Shown here: piece by piece, positions 17,651 to 27,883 of the stretch
How positions within the stretch are numbered: position 1 is the stretch's first letter
Layout of the letters: the number at the start of each line of letters is the position of its first letter
NCBI GenBank assembly: GCA_963664195.1
Contig: OY760907.1
Span: forward strand, 96,001-160,000
Reading direction: 5' to 3'
Length of the DNA: 64,000 nt
From: an uncultured candidate division Zixibacteria bacterium
GTDB lineage: Bacteria > Zixibacteria > MSB-5A5 > GN15 > FEB-12
Notes under the pieces: model-generated
Told to the model about the DNA's origin: nothing
Seen by the model: only the letters and a program-made list of their open reading frames with translations
Databases searched by the model: none
Translations under genes and position numbers: made by a program

Positions 17651-19649
17651 GGCAGGCCTCCTTCTCTACGCATTCGACCAGTTCCTTCAGCGAAACCTTG
17701 CCCGGAGCAAACTTTCGGAGCTGTCCCATGATCCAGCGCATGCGAGCACCGTTGTTGTCGTTTTTCTTCACCTCATCGAAACGCCTGCTGAGTTCCGGTA
17801 TCTCGGGGCACAGCTCTTCGCGGCTCTTGAGTTCCAAATCGAGATCGCCGAGCAAGGACTCAAAGGAGGCTTGTGGGTTTTCATAAACGCCGGGGAGCAA
17901 TCTCTTGACGAGTCCCTTGTCCAATCCTTGATCGTGTACAAACTTGCAGAGATCGACAACGCGATCGTGTGAGAAGTCAGCCTGGCGAGCGTGGCGTCTC
18001 CGGATGCCTTTGTACGTATGACCGAACAGGGTGCCGACAAACGAGGCTGGCCAGTCGGTGTGGTCGATGGTTTGCTCGATCAACGGCAGGAGACTGCGAG
18101 TGAGCAGATAGTAATATGTGTCTTCGGGGATATTCCAACCGCGAAGCTTCTCAAGCAATTCTGTCAGCGGCGCGGGAAGGCCTTTTCGCTTTTCTTCTAT
18201 CAGCTCATCGCTGATCGACAGCGGTGCTGAGTCGGTGTCGGGATACATGCGGTCCGGTCCCGGCAAGACGCGTTCAAACAACGTTGTACCGTCGCGAAGA
18301 GACTTACGGGTTTCATTCGGAACCCCCTCGAAAGCCATTTCGCAACGTTCCTGTAAAATCTCGAGAGCGGTGTCGATGTCTCGATCCTCTCCCCAGATCA
18401 ACAGTTGGGCGTCACTATCGCCCGCTTCCAGCAACTCACGCAGCTTACCCAAATCGATAGCGGTCAGTGGCTGGGCAGTCTGTTCGGAATGAATAACGTT
18501 TGGTCTTTCGAGGCAGGCGATCACTTTCAAGCGGCCACTCAGTTCATCGACAAACGTCTGCCCCGGCTGAGTGAAATGCGACAGCATACCCTTGAACTCC
18601 GGCAGATTGACGGCGGTGAGACGCTGCTTGCCGGTCCCCGCTGCAAACGGAAGCCCGTGCTCGAAATCATCGAGCGAGACGTCCTTCCAGTTCAGCTTCC
18701 ACTCTGACGGATTGCCAACCCGCTTGCGGAGTTCGTCGGCAATGACCAGCAACGACTTCTGGCGAAACGCCTCGTTGTGGGTCAGTTCGGGAATCCACGA
18801 AATGTGCGAAACGCCTTTGATTTCAATACGAGTGCCACCGGTTATGCTGACATTCACGTCCTGACGTCCGGCACCGATCCCCGTGCGTACGTGGCCCGTG
18901 GTCCGGCAACCAAGTCTGAGCATCTGCCCTGCCTCGGCGGACTCATCTGGCGTGAGCATGTCAGGATATGTCACCATTTCGATTAGCGGCATTCCCAGAC
19001 GGTCGGTAGTGTAGATTCGGTCATGACCGACGTCGGCGACCTCGCGGCAGGAATCTTCCTCGATACTCAACTGAATGATTCGGACTTTCTTCTTCCTGAG
19101 AGAAATCTCACCCTCGATCCCGACGATTGCAGTTCGCTGGAAGCCGGTCGGGATGGAGCCGTCGAGATACTGCTTTCTGGTGATATGCAGTTCACCGACC
19201 ACGTTTGTCCCCAAGAGAAGGGAAATCTCAATGGCGATCCCCAGCGCTTCCCGATTGATCTTGAATGGCGGGGTGTCATCGACCTCGTACGTACAGGCCG
19301 TTTCGTTTTTGAGCCGGTAGGTGATTACCTTCCGGGTCCGTTTCTCCATCAGGGCGGTGCCGTCATACTCCCCCATCTCACTGAGCGTGGGGCGCATGTG
19401 GCGGATGACCTCGGCGTCGAAGTCGTTCCCTTTCTGGTATATCCCGGCAGGGCAATGACAGAACAGCTTCTTCTCTGTCAGGAGTTGCTGGTGAATTTCA
19501 AGGCCGCACTTGAAGCCGAGGCGAGCGTAAACATCGCTGTCAGCTTCGGAACGTGGAACATAGCCCACCTGTTGTCGGGTGGTCACGTAGTTCACGTCTC
19601 CGTCGAATGTGCGGTCGATATTGGAAATATCCGAGGTAGAGCGCGTCAT
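17643..19649 (-). CDS. gatE: Glu-tRNA(Gln) amidotransferase subunit E
   Basis: GFKCGLEIHQQL..KLFCHCP, RKQYLDGSIPTGFQRT, EEDSCR, DRLGMPLIE, RQDVNVSI..GTRIEIKGV, insertion domain, GVPNETR...PGPDRMYPDTD; overlaps gatD. Start moved to ATG 19649. Confidence 0.92.
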   Translation of the reverse strand: MTRSTSDISNIDRTFDGDVNYVTTRQQVGYVPRSEADSDVYARLGFKCGLEIHQQLLTEKKLFCHCPAGIYQKGNDFDAEVIRHMRPTLSEMGEYDGTALMEKRTRKVITYRLKNETACTYEVDDTPPFKINREALGIAIEISLLLGTNVVGELHITRKQYLDGSIPTGFQRTAIVGIEGEISLRKKKVRIIQLSIEEDSCREVADVGHDRIYTTDRLGMPLIEMVTYPDMLTPDESAEAGQMLRLGCRTTGHVRTGIGAGRQDVNVSITGGTRIEIKGVSHISWIPELTHNEAFRQKSLLVIADELRKRVGNPSEWKLNWKDVSLDDFEHGLPFAAGTGKQRLTAVNLPEFKGMLSHFTQPGQTFVDELSGRLKVIACLERPNVIHSEQTAQPLTAIDLGKLRELLEAGDSDAQLLIWGEDRDIDTALEILQERCEMAFEGVPNETRKSLRDGTTLFERVLPGPDRMYPDTDSAPLSISDELIEEKRKGLPAPLTELLEKLRGWNIPEDTYYYLLTRSLLPLIEQTIDHTDWPASFVGTLFGHTYKGIRRRHARQADFSHDRVVDLCKFVHDQGLDKGLVKRLLPGVYENPQASFESLLGDLDLELKSREELCPEIPELSRRFDEVKKNDNNGARMRWIMGQLRKFAPGKVSLKELVECVEKEACHE

Positions 19650-20129
19650 TATCGAGGTCTTTCGATTCGGCCGGAAAGTGCTGCCAGTACTGGCTTTACT
19701 CCGACCGAGCAAGGTTTTCCAGTCATATCTATCGGGGCAAGGATACGAGGAAATCCCGAATTAGCAAAGCGGTTTTTTGACCCGGGATGGCTCAGTTATC
19801 GGAAACAAAGGTGCTCCCGGCGCAGTCGAATCAAGATAATAACAAATATGGTAGAAATTCGAACCGGGCGCGGTATCGTTTGTGTGTTTGGCCATCCACC
19901 TGAATCAAGATATTGTCAATTACTGGCAGGCAGCAACTGCCACGGCAATCTAACTACTTGCGCGAGAGATCGTTACCGCACCGCAATCGCTAGATAGTGG
20001 ACTGCATTATCAATTGTGGCGGATGCGCTTTCTTAGTACGATATTAATACTGAAAAGGGTTTGCGTAATTTTCGATTTCGTATACATTGGCATCCCTGTA
20101 ACATTAACTGTCCTTTAGGATAACACGGA

Positions 20130-21680
20130 ATGGCTGAGTCCAAGATAGAGCGACTGAAGAAACTGCGAAGCAAGCTGGTCCAGGGCGGCGGTGAAAAACG
20201 CATCGCCAAACAGCACGACGCAGGCAAGCTGACTGCCCGCGAACGAATAGACCTCCTCTTTGAAGAGGACACGTTTCGCGAGTCCCTACTGTTCATGAAA
20301 CATCGGTGCACCCAGTTTGGTGTCATCGACAAGGAGTTTCCTGGCGAAGGTGTCGTCACCGGTCACGGTATTGTCGATGGCCGTCCGGTATATGTGGCCT
20401 CGCAGGATTTCACGGTAGCGGGCGGATCGGTCGGTGAGGCCACCGGCAGAAAGATCTCCGAGGCCATGGATGCCGCGCTCAAGACCGGCGACCCGCTGGT
20501 AATGATCAACGACTCCGGCGGCGCACGTATTCAGGAAGGCGTTGACTCGCTCTCCGGGTATGGCGGCATTTTCTACCGCAACGTGCTCCTCTCCGGCGTG
20601 GTGCCGCAAATCAGCATCATAGCAGGACCGTGCGCAGGCGGTGCGGCTTACTCCCCTGCCCTGACAGATTTTATCATCCAGATCCGGGGAGAAGGGCAAA
20701 TGTATATCACTGGCCCGCTGGTGATCAAGCAGGTGACAGGCGAAGACATCACCGCCGAGCAGTTGGGAGGTGTGGAATCACACACTCGCTATTCAGGCGT
20801 GGTACATTTCATCGCCGAAGATGACGAAGACGCAATCGACATCACCAAGCGTCTGCTGTCATTCCTGCCGAGCAACAACACCGAGGACCCGCCTTTCCTG
20901 GCCGATCAACACGACGAAGAAATGCTGCCCGATGAAGACATGAACGATATTGTGCCGGAAGATCCGGGCGAGCCGTACGATATGCACGATGTGATTGCCG
21001 GCATCGTCGACAACGAAGACTTTTTGGAGATTCAGGAACACTTCGCGCCAAATATCATCTGTGGGTTCGGTCGTCTGGCGGGCAGTTCAATAGGCGTAGT
21101 GGCCAATCAACCGATGCACAAGGCAGGCGTGCTGGATATTGACTCCTCCAGCAAGGCTGCCCGTTTCATCCGTTTCTGCAACGCCTTCAATATTCCGATC
21201 GTGACATTTGTTGACGTTCCGGGGTTCATGCCCGGCGTCCAGCAGGAGTACGGCGGCATTATCCGGCACGGTGCCAAGATGCTGTTTGCCTACGCGGCGG
21301 CGACGGTGCCGAAACTAACCGTGGTTGTTCGCAAAGCATACGGCGGCGCTTACCTGGCTATGTGCGCCAAGAGCATGGGAGCAGATACGCTGGTGGCATG
21401 GCCATCGGCTGAAATCGCTGTGATGGGTGCCGAGGGTGCAGTCAACGTGCTCTACCGCAAAGAAATCAGCGCGGCTGACGATCCGGACACAGAACGCACT
21501 AGACTGCTCAAGGAATACAAAGACAATTTCGCCAATCCGTATTTCGCCGCTGCTCACGGTCTGGTCGATGAGATTCTCGATCCGGCGGACACGAGAGCCT
21601 ATCTGGCCGCAACGCTCGACGTACTCAAGGCGAAACGCGAATTCCGTCCCCAGAAGAAGCACGGACTGATACCCCTGTAG
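20130..21680 (+). CDS. mmdA: Methylmalonyl-CoA decarboxylase alpha subunit / acyl-CoA carboxyltransferase
   Basis: GKLTARERI, DSGGARIQEG, GPCAGGAAYSPA, DVPGFMPG, RKAYGGAY, KKHGLIPL; operon context. Confidence 0.85.
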   Translation: MAESKIERLKKLRSKLVQGGGEKRIAKQHDAGKLTARERIDLLFEEDTFRESLLFMKHRCTQFGVIDKEFPGEGVVTGHGIVDGRPVYVASQDFTVAGGSVGEATGRKISEAMDAALKTGDPLVMINDSGGARIQEGVDSLSGYGGIFYRNVLLSGVVPQISIIAGPCAGGAAYSPALTDFIIQIRGEGQMYITGPLVIKQVTGEDITAEQLGGVESHTRYSGVVHFIAEDDEDAIDITKRLLSFLPSNNTEDPPFLADQHDEEMLPDEDMNDIVPEDPGEPYDMHDVIAGIVDNEDFLEIQEHFAPNIICGFGRLAGSSIGVVANQPMHKAGVLDIDSSSKAARFIRFCNAFNIPIVTFVDVPGFMPGVQQEYGGIIRHGAKMLFAYAAATVPKLTVVVRKAYGGAYLAMCAKSMGADTLVAWPSAEIAVMGAEGAVNVLYRKEISAADDPDTERTRLLKEYKDNFANPYFAAAHGLVDEILDPADTRAYLAATLDVLKAKREFRPQKKHGLIPL

Positions 21681-21698
21681 GGGAGAAGGAGCACACGC

Positions 21699-22043
21699 AT
21701 GTCTGAAGAGATACTGTTTTCGCTCAGTCTCGCCGGGATCGGGATATCGATTGTCTTTGGAGTATTGTCGCTCATTGCGGTAGTTGTTTCGCTGATTCGA
21801 AAGCTTGACGATAGCTGGCAAAGGCACGAGCACAAAGAAAAGCAGGAAGCGGTCAACAAAGAACCGAGTATCGATAACCTCACCGTGGTGCTGATCTCCG
21901 CGGCGGTGGCGACCATGGTTGCCGGGCGGTATCACATCCGCAGTGTCCGTCGCCTGCTCCCATCGGACTCCGTACGCGGCCCGTGGTCAGCCCAGGGTCG
22001 AGCGGTGCTCCACGGTTCGCATATCGTTTCCAAGCATAGATAA
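21699..22043 (+). CDS. mmdD: OadG/MmdD-family membrane subunit of Na+-translocating decarboxylase
   Basis: N-terminal TM helix, VVLISAAVA segment, W..QGR motif; position in the operon. Confidence 0.7.
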   Translation: MSEEILFSLSLAGIGISIVFGVLSLIAVVVSLIRKLDDSWQRHEHKEKQEAVNKEPSIDNLTVVLISAAVATMVAGRYHIRSVRRLLPSDSVRGPWSAQGRAVLHGSHIVSKHR

Positions 22044-22090
22044 CAACAGGTTCATTGATTAGCAGATATTCGTATTGCAGGAGATAGAGA

Positions 22091-22483
22091 ATGAAACTGA
22101 AGATCACGGTCCACGGAGTCGCTTACGAAGTCGACGTGGAAGTACTTGACGCGGGTGATGGTTTCCCGAATCCGGCCAAAAACCGACGCAGAACGCCACG
22201 CTCGAATACGGGCGAGATTCCTCCGCCGCCTCCCACGGCAGGCCCGGCCCCGACGTCTTCTGGAACCGAAGGCGGTGCGGTGGCCTCCCCAATCGCAGGC
22301 ACGGTGCTTGAAGTGAAGTGCAAACCGGGCGATACGGTCACCGAAAACCAGGTTCTCCTGGTTATCGAGGCCATGAAAATGAAGACTTCGATTGCCGCTC
22401 CGACCGCTGGCAAGGTCAAATCCGTGCCGGTTGCCGCCGGAGATACGGTCCGCGAAAGCCAAACCCTCGTTGAATTCGAATAG
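22091..22483 (+). CDS. mmdC: Biotin carboxyl carrier subunit
   Basis: ITVHGVAYEVDVE, Pro/Ala linker, EAMKM biotinylation motif. Confidence 0.9.
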   Translation: MKLKITVHGVAYEVDVEVLDAGDGFPNPAKNRRRTPRSNTGEIPPPPPTAGPAPTSSGTEGGAVASPIAGTVLEVKCKPGDTVTENQVLLVIEAMKMKTSIAAPTAGKVKSVPVAAGDTVRESQTLVEFE

Positions 22484-22503
22484 GGCAGCCCGGAATATAA
22501 CCA

Positions 22504-23628
22504 ATGGATATTCTCTTTGATTTCATCCAGGCCGGCGCGATGGGCAACTTCACCTGGGGCAACTTCGCCATGTTGCTGGTCGGCTGCCTGTTCATTTACC
22601 TCGGCATCGCCAAGGACTATGAACCGCTGCTGCTGGTGCCAATCGGATTCGGCATCTTGGTAGGAAACATCCCGTTTGCCGCCGGCATGCGGATCGGTAT
22701 CTACGAAGAAGGCAGTATCCTCTCGATCCTTTACACTGGCGTAACACAGGGATGGTACCCGTCGCTAATTTTCCTCGGGATTGGCGCCATGACGGACTTC
22801 TCGTGCATGCTGGCCAATCCTCGACTGATCCTGCTCGGAGCAGCGGCGCAGGCAGGGATATTCCTGACCTTCCTTGGCGCTGTCGCACTCGGTTTTGTGT
22901 ACAAAGACGCCGCTGCAATTGGGATTATCGGAGGTGCTGACGGTCCCACGGCCATTTTCTTGTCATCAAAGCTGGCCCCGCACCTGCTGGGAGCAATTGC
23001 CGTCTCGGCATACTCATACATGGCCCTTGTCCCTGTAATACAACCGCCGATCATCAAACTGTTGACGACCAAAAAAGAGCGCCTCATCCGTATGAAGCCG
23101 TCGAAACCGGTGAGCAAGCGTCTGAGAATCCTCTTCCCTATAGTCGCGTTTCTGATTACGGGCTTCATTGCTCCCGGATCGCTGAACCTTCTGGGGTTCC
23201 TGTTCTTCGGCAACCTGCTGAAAGAATGCGGTGTCACAGAGAGATTGGCCGCCACGGCGCGAACGGCGTTCATCGATATGATTACGATTCTTCTCGGCCT
23301 GACAGTAGGTGCGTCGACTGACGCCAGCCGATTCCTGACGCCGGCCTCGATCAAGATTTTCATTCTTGGCGCAGCCTCGTTCTGTATCGCAACCGCGGCC
23401 GGAGTGTTGTTTGCCAAGCTGATGAATGTCGTCATGAAAACGAAGATCAATCCGATCATCGGCGCGGCCGGTGTATCGGCCGTGCCGGACTCGGCGCGTG
23501 TCTGTCAAATGGTGGGCGCAAGAGAGGACCCGAACAACTTCCTCATCATGCACGCTATGGCACCCAATGTTGCCGGTGTGATCGGCTCTGCGGTAGGAGC
23601 GGGTATTTTGTTGGCAACGTTCGGATAG
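22504..23628 (+). CDS. mmdB: Na+-translocating decarboxylase beta subunit
   Basis: YEPLLLVPIGFG, IGIIGGADGPTAI, AYSYMALVP, INPIIGAAGVSAVP, NVAGVIGSA. Confidence 0.93.
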   Translation: MDILFDFIQAGAMGNFTWGNFAMLLVGCLFIYLGIAKDYEPLLLVPIGFGILVGNIPFAAGMRIGIYEEGSILSILYTGVTQGWYPSLIFLGIGAMTDFSCMLANPRLILLGAAAQAGIFLTFLGAVALGFVYKDAAAIGIIGGADGPTAIFLSSKLAPHLLGAIAVSAYSYMALVPVIQPPIIKLLTTKKERLIRMKPSKPVSKRLRILFPIVAFLITGFIAPGSLNLLGFLFFGNLLKECGVTERLAATARTAFIDMITILLGLTVGASTDASRFLTPASIKIFILGAASFCIATAAGVLFAKLMNVVMKTKINPIIGAAGVSAVPDSARVCQMVGAREDPNNFLIMHAMAPNVAGVIGSAVGAGILLATFG

Positions 23629-23683
23629 GACGAGATTCGATAGTCCTGTGCCGCACTCCTCGGGGTGCGAATATGATAGGAGG

Positions 23684-23711
23684 AAGCCCGCTCATCACGA
23701 GCGGGCTTTCC
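23684..23711. terminator. Hairpin terminator between convergent mmdB and mutase
   Basis: AAGCCCGCTC-atcac-GAGCGGGCTT. Confidence 0.7.
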
Positions 23712-23757
23712 TCTTAGCCATCGTCCGCCTCCGGCGGACTCTCTTTATCGTCAACAG

Positions 23758-25332
23758 CTACGCGGTTGCTTCGTACTCTCCCCACTCGGCGCGGAAAACA
23801 TCAGCGATCTCGCCGACCGTACAGTAGGCCTCGACGGCTTCCACCACCGGGTACACGACATTGTTGCCGTTGTGAGCAGCCTCAGCGACCTTTTTGAGGC
23901 AGGCCTCGACGACAGCCGGGTCGCGCTCGGCTTTGAGTTTCTTAAGGGCCGTCACCTGCTGTTTCTCAAGATTCGGATCAACCTTAAGTACCTGCGGGAT
24001 GTCAACGGCCTGTTCCTGGTACCGGTTAACACCGATCACTATCCGTTCGCCCTTTTCGATATCCTGCTGGAAGCGGTAAGCTGCTCGGGCGATCTCCTCC
24101 TTGAAGTAACCGGTTTCGACACAAGCCACTGAGCCGCCCATTTCCTCGATCTTGTCCATGAGCGCCAGAGCCTCTTCCTCGGTCTTATTGGTGAGATACT
24201 CGACATAATACGACCCGGCCAGCGGATCGACTGTATTCGTGGCGCCTGATTCCTCGGCAAGCAACTGCTGGGTACGCAGGGCGATCTCGGCTGATTTCTC
24301 AGTGGGAAGACCGAGCGCTTCGTCGAACGAATTCGTGTGCAGCGACTGCGTCCCGCCCAACACGGCAGACATTGCCTGCACCGCGGTGCGGACGATATTG
24401 TTCTCAGGCTGCTGCGCGGTGAGAGTCGAACCGCCGGTCTGTGTGTGGAAACGCAGGAGAAGCGACTTTTCGTTTTTCGGGCTGAAGCGTTCCCGGACCT
24501 TCTTGGCCCAAATACGGCGCGCGGCACGGAACTTGGCAACTTCCTCGAAAAGGTCGTTGTGAGCCGCAAAGAAGAACGATAGTCTCGGCGCAAACTCATC
24601 AATATCCAACCCGGCCTCAAGGGCAGCCTCAGCATATGCGAGTGCGTCGGAAATCGTGAATGCGATTTCCTGTACGGCGGTCGCTCCGGCCTCACGGATA
24701 TGGTATCCGGAGATTGAGATCGTGTTGTATTTCGGGAGATGCTTGTTGGCGTAGGCAAAAATGTCGGTGATGATTTTCATCGACGGTTTCGGCGGCAGGA
24801 TGTACGTTCCGCGGGCGATGAATTCCTTGAGGATGTCATTCTGCACCGTGCCCATCAGTTTTTCGGTAGCAACCCCCTGCTTGTTGCCAACCGCGATGTA
24901 CATAGCAAGGAGGATCACCGCCGGAGCGTTGATGGTCATTGAAGTCGACACCTTGTCGAGCGGAATCTTGTGAAACAACGTTTCCATATCGGCCAGCGAA
25001 TCAATTGCCACACCGGTGCGGCCGACCTCACCAAGAGCCATCGGATGATCGGAGTCGTAACCGATCTGCGTGGCCAAATCAAAAGCCACGGAAAGACCGG
25101 TCTGTCCCTTATCCAGCAGATACCGAAAGCGTTCGTTGGTCTCAGCCGCGGTACCGAAACCTGCATACTGGCGCATAGTCCAGTAACGACCGCGGTACAT
25201 GTTTGGATAGACCCCTCTGGTGTAAGGGAATTGCCCCGGTACTCCCAGTTCATGGCTGTCGATCTTAACGTCGCCCTCCGTCAGCAGAACGGGGATTTCT
25301 ATACCTGAAGTTGTCTCTTTGTTTTTAGCCAT
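23758..25332 (-). CDS. Methylmalonyl-CoA mutase, substrate-binding large subunit (no B12-binding domain)
   Basis: [65 protein letters not shown] before ATG 25332. Confidence 0.92.
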   Translation of the reverse strand: MAKNKETTSGIEIPVLLTEGDVKIDSHELGVPGQFPYTRGVYPNMYRGRYWTMRQYAGFGTAAETNERFRYLLDKGQTGLSVAFDLATQIGYDSDHPMALGEVGRTGVAIDSLADMETLFHKIPLDKVSTSMTINAPAVILLAMYIAVGNKQGVATEKLMGTVQNDILKEFIARGTYILPPKPSMKIITDIFAYANKHLPKYNTISISGYHIREAGATAVQEIAFTISDALAYAEAALEAGLDIDEFAPRLSFFFAAHNDLFEEVAKFRAARRIWAKKVRERFSPKNEKSLLLRFHTQTGGSTLTAQQPENNIVRTAVQAMSAVLGGTQSLHTNSFDEALGLPTEKSAEIALRTQQLLAEESGATNTVDPLAGSYYVEYLTNKTEEEALALMDKIEEMGGSVACVETGYFKEEIARAAYRFQQDIEKGERIVIGVNRYQEQAVDIPQVLKVDPNLEKQQVTALKKLKAERDPAVVEACLKKVAEAAHNGNNVVYPVVEAVEAYCTVGEIADVFRAEWGEYEATA

Positions 25333-25536
25333 CACAGACTCCTGCTTCGTTAGAATCTGCCTTCTAGACCGGGCAGATTCTGTTTCGCGGAAGGATAACC
25401 AATCTATGAAAACTGGCAAGCGTTTTCTGGTAATACCGTGGTATCTTGTACAAGGTGTCACGAGCTTCGACAGCAAGAGGACCGGACCGCCTTCAAAGAC
25501 GGTCCGGCTGGAAAAAACCGGTACAGCTTGGAGAGA

Positions 25537-27819
25537 CTACGGGCACGGCGGCAACGGGTCGAGCGAGATGAACAGATGGTCGATCAACACCGTAAGATCG
25601 CCCATCGTCACTTCGTGGCCCGGTATCAAATCCATATTAGCTTCATCAGGACAGCACAGTGGCTCCAGACTGATAAACAGGTGGTCGATCAAGACAGTAA
25701 GGTCACCCATGGTAACAAAATCTGCGACGTCGCAATCAACATTCCCGGTCATACCGCGACAGCATTTGTTCCTGTCGATATCATACAGACCGAAACAGAC
25801 CAGATGTTTGCCGGTAACGTCGACACGACCAAAGGTCTGTATTGTCTCGGTAGCTTTGGCAGCGATCAGATGCATCTCATCGCCCCAGAAGATGGGTCCC
25901 TCCATGAGGTGGAATTCCATGAACGATCCAAACTTAATCTTGAAGGTGGGTTCGTCGACCACCTGCATTGAAACGGATTCGATCGTTGGAAGCCCGGAAC
26001 CGGCATCGTACCCGACAACCACGACTCCTCCACCGGTTATGGAAGCCCTGCCTGAAGGTAAATCGTTGTTCAGAACCAACACCGACACATCGGGGTCACC
26101 GATATAGTTGTAGTCGGCCGTGACCTGAATCGTACCCGAGGGTTCCTGGTACACGCCTACGCCGCTCATCACTTGCATGCCTCTGACGCCAGACAGCTCA
26201 CCGGCAATCTTGAACTTGATTCCGGCGCTGTCGGTGTTCATGTCGACGTTCAACAGGCTCATGCTCATGCCCTGTGAACCATCGTCACCAATCAGACGAA
26301 TACCGTCCATACCTCCGCTGCCGATATTGCAGACCATAGTCGTGTCACCGACGCTGTCGACATCGGCGTTGCCCAACGGCGCATCAGCGGTGTCGGGAAT
26401 CTCGCCGATACTTGTTGCGCAGCAGGTTGGCACCGGGTAGGTCGGTGAACCACAGCTAACGAAGTCTCCCGCGGTTACGAAAAGTGCGCAGTTCATAATC
26501 GCTACATCTGCAGAGTCGAGAGCGCAGTCACCGTTGAGGTCACCCTCAAAAAGCGGTACTCCCACAGTATCCCCGCCGAGGGACACGATGCTTATCAGGA
26601 GGGTTAAGTCGTCCACATTCACGCCACCCATTTCGTTGAGGTCTCCCGTTGCCCAGCATAGCTGTCCGCAGGGATTGGGCGTACAATCGGTGCCATCACC
26701 CCGATAGTCGCCTGCGGCAGCGATACAGTCGGCCTCGCTCATGATTGAGCAGGAGTCATCCTCACAACAAGCTCCCATACACAATCCGTCAGAGCACGTC
26801 GTCCCGTACCCTTTGAAATCACCGCCCATTGTGCTGCAATCAGCCTCTGTTGTGAGATCACAGGACGTTCCCAGACAACAGGCACCCGCGCAGAAGTTGG
26901 GATCACACTCAGTGCCTGTCCCCAGGTATAGCCCGCCGGAGGTCGCGCAGTCTTCCTCTGATTCGATTGAACAGGTAACACCGTCGCAGCAAGCTCCGAC
27001 ACACGGATTGGGTGTGCAGTAGGTACCGTCACCCAGATACTCGCCGCCGGCAGCGAGGCATTCAGCCTGGGTTTCTATCGAACAGGAATCCCCCTGGCAA
27101 CAGGCCCCTCCTTCATCGTCCGCCATGGAGTTGTACTGCCCGCCGGTCAGAAGGCAAAGGTGTTCAAAGAAGATGTGATCCGGGATAGACTTCGACAAAG
27201 GCTCGTCGGTCTCGACGTCATACTCATCGGCAGATTTTGACAGTGCGCCCCAGTAGCGAGCGTTGACTACGATACTGTCCGGGTGCACGGCCAGTTTATC
27301 CGTAACCTTACGCTCCCAGGACTCGTCATCATACGGCGGGCCAACGCTGCTGTTGGGACCGTCACACTCTCCTCCACTACTGTTTTCCGCTCCGTCGGAA
27401 CTCACAAACAAGGTGCGATCATCGGTCGGGTAGTAGTGTCTCAGCGTATCTGCGGCGGCACACATTGACTCTGCCAAAGGTGTAGATCCGGAGCATCCGC
27501 TGTATGATAGGCCCTCGACGACATCCCGCGCCTCCTGATAGCCTACGAATCCGACTGTGAGTTTCTGAAACGACGTCCCGTGGAACGTCCAGACGGCCAG
27601 GTGTTTCGTCGCGGGCTGGCTGGCAAAAAAACGGTCTATATCCGCCAGAGCGGTGTCTTTGGCGTCGTGACACCGCGTCTCCCCGGTCTGCGGTCTGATC
27701 GCCCCCATAGAGCCGGTTCGGTCAATCAGGATGATACCGGCCGTATCGGCGTGCAACGACGGGGCGAACAGGGCGATTGACAGTACAAAAGTGCATCCAA
27801 GCACTGCTAACATCTTCAT
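25537..27819 (-). CDS. Secreted protein: VWA domain, four Cys-rich GACC repeats, internal and C-terminal dockerin-like domains
   Basis: Signal peptide; IILIDRTGSM, GSTPLAE, SSDGAEN (MIDAS-like); 37-aa repeats; duplicated MGDLTVLIDHLFISL ending PLPPCP. Confidence 0.8.
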   Translation of the reverse strand: MKMLAVLGCTFVLSIALFAPSLHADTAGIILIDRTGSMGAIRPQTGETRCHDAKDTALADIDRFFASQPATKHLAVWTFHGTSFQKLTVGFVGYQEARDVVEGLSYSGCSGSTPLAESMCAAADTLRHYYPTDDRTLFVSSDGAENSSGGECDGPNSSVGPPYDDESWERKVTDKLAVHPDSIVVNARYWGALSKSADEYDVETDEPLSKSIPDHIFFEHLCLLTGGQYNSMADDEGGACCQGDSCSIETQAECLAAGGEYLGDGTYCTPNPCVGACCDGVTCSIESEEDCATSGGLYLGTGTECDPNFCAGACCLGTSCDLTTEADCSTMGGDFKGYGTTCSDGLCMGACCEDDSCSIMSEADCIAAAGDYRGDGTDCTPNPCGQLCWATGDLNEMGGVNVDDLTLLISIVSLGGDTVGVPLFEGDLNGDCALDSADVAIMNCALFVTAGDFVSCGSPTYPVPTCCATSIGEIPDTADAPLGNADVDSVGDTTMVCNIGSGGMDGIRLIGDDGSQGMSMSLLNVDMNTDSAGIKFKIAGELSGVRGMQVMSGVGVYQEPSGTIQVTADYNYIGDPDVSVLVLNNDLPSGRASITGGGVVVVGYDAGSGLPTIESVSMQVVDEPTFKIKFGSFMEFHLMEGPIFWGDEMHLIAAKATETIQTFGRVDVTGKHLVCFGLYDIDRNKCCRGMTGNVDCDVADFVTMGDLTVLIDHLFISLEPLCCPDEANMDLIPGHEVTMGDLTVLIDHLFISLDPLPPCP
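26665..27110 (-). repeat. Four degenerate 111-bp coding repeats (GACCxxxxC..T.A.C...GG.Y.G.GT.C.PNPC)
   Basis: GACC codons recur near 27105, 26995, 26884 and 26773. Confidence 0.8.
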
Positions 27820-27883
27820 AGACTCCTCCTTTTCCGCAAGCTCCCGGTGCAGGTTGGTTACGTTTTGGTTTATCTCCGCTTGT

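Noticed and set aside
19023..19997. 324-aa plus-strand ORF, and similar long antisense ORFs such as 47352-48464 and 56504-57484
   Set aside because: They overlap well-supported genes on the opposite strand, which is typical of GC-rich shadow frames.
19720..20129. tRNA or structured RNA between gatE and mmdA
   Set aside because: No cloverleaf or T-loop context found; it looks like divergent promoter DNA.
25333..25536. Cobalamin riboswitch upstream of the mutase
   Set aside because: No B12-box or conserved core recognised, and the leader is too short.
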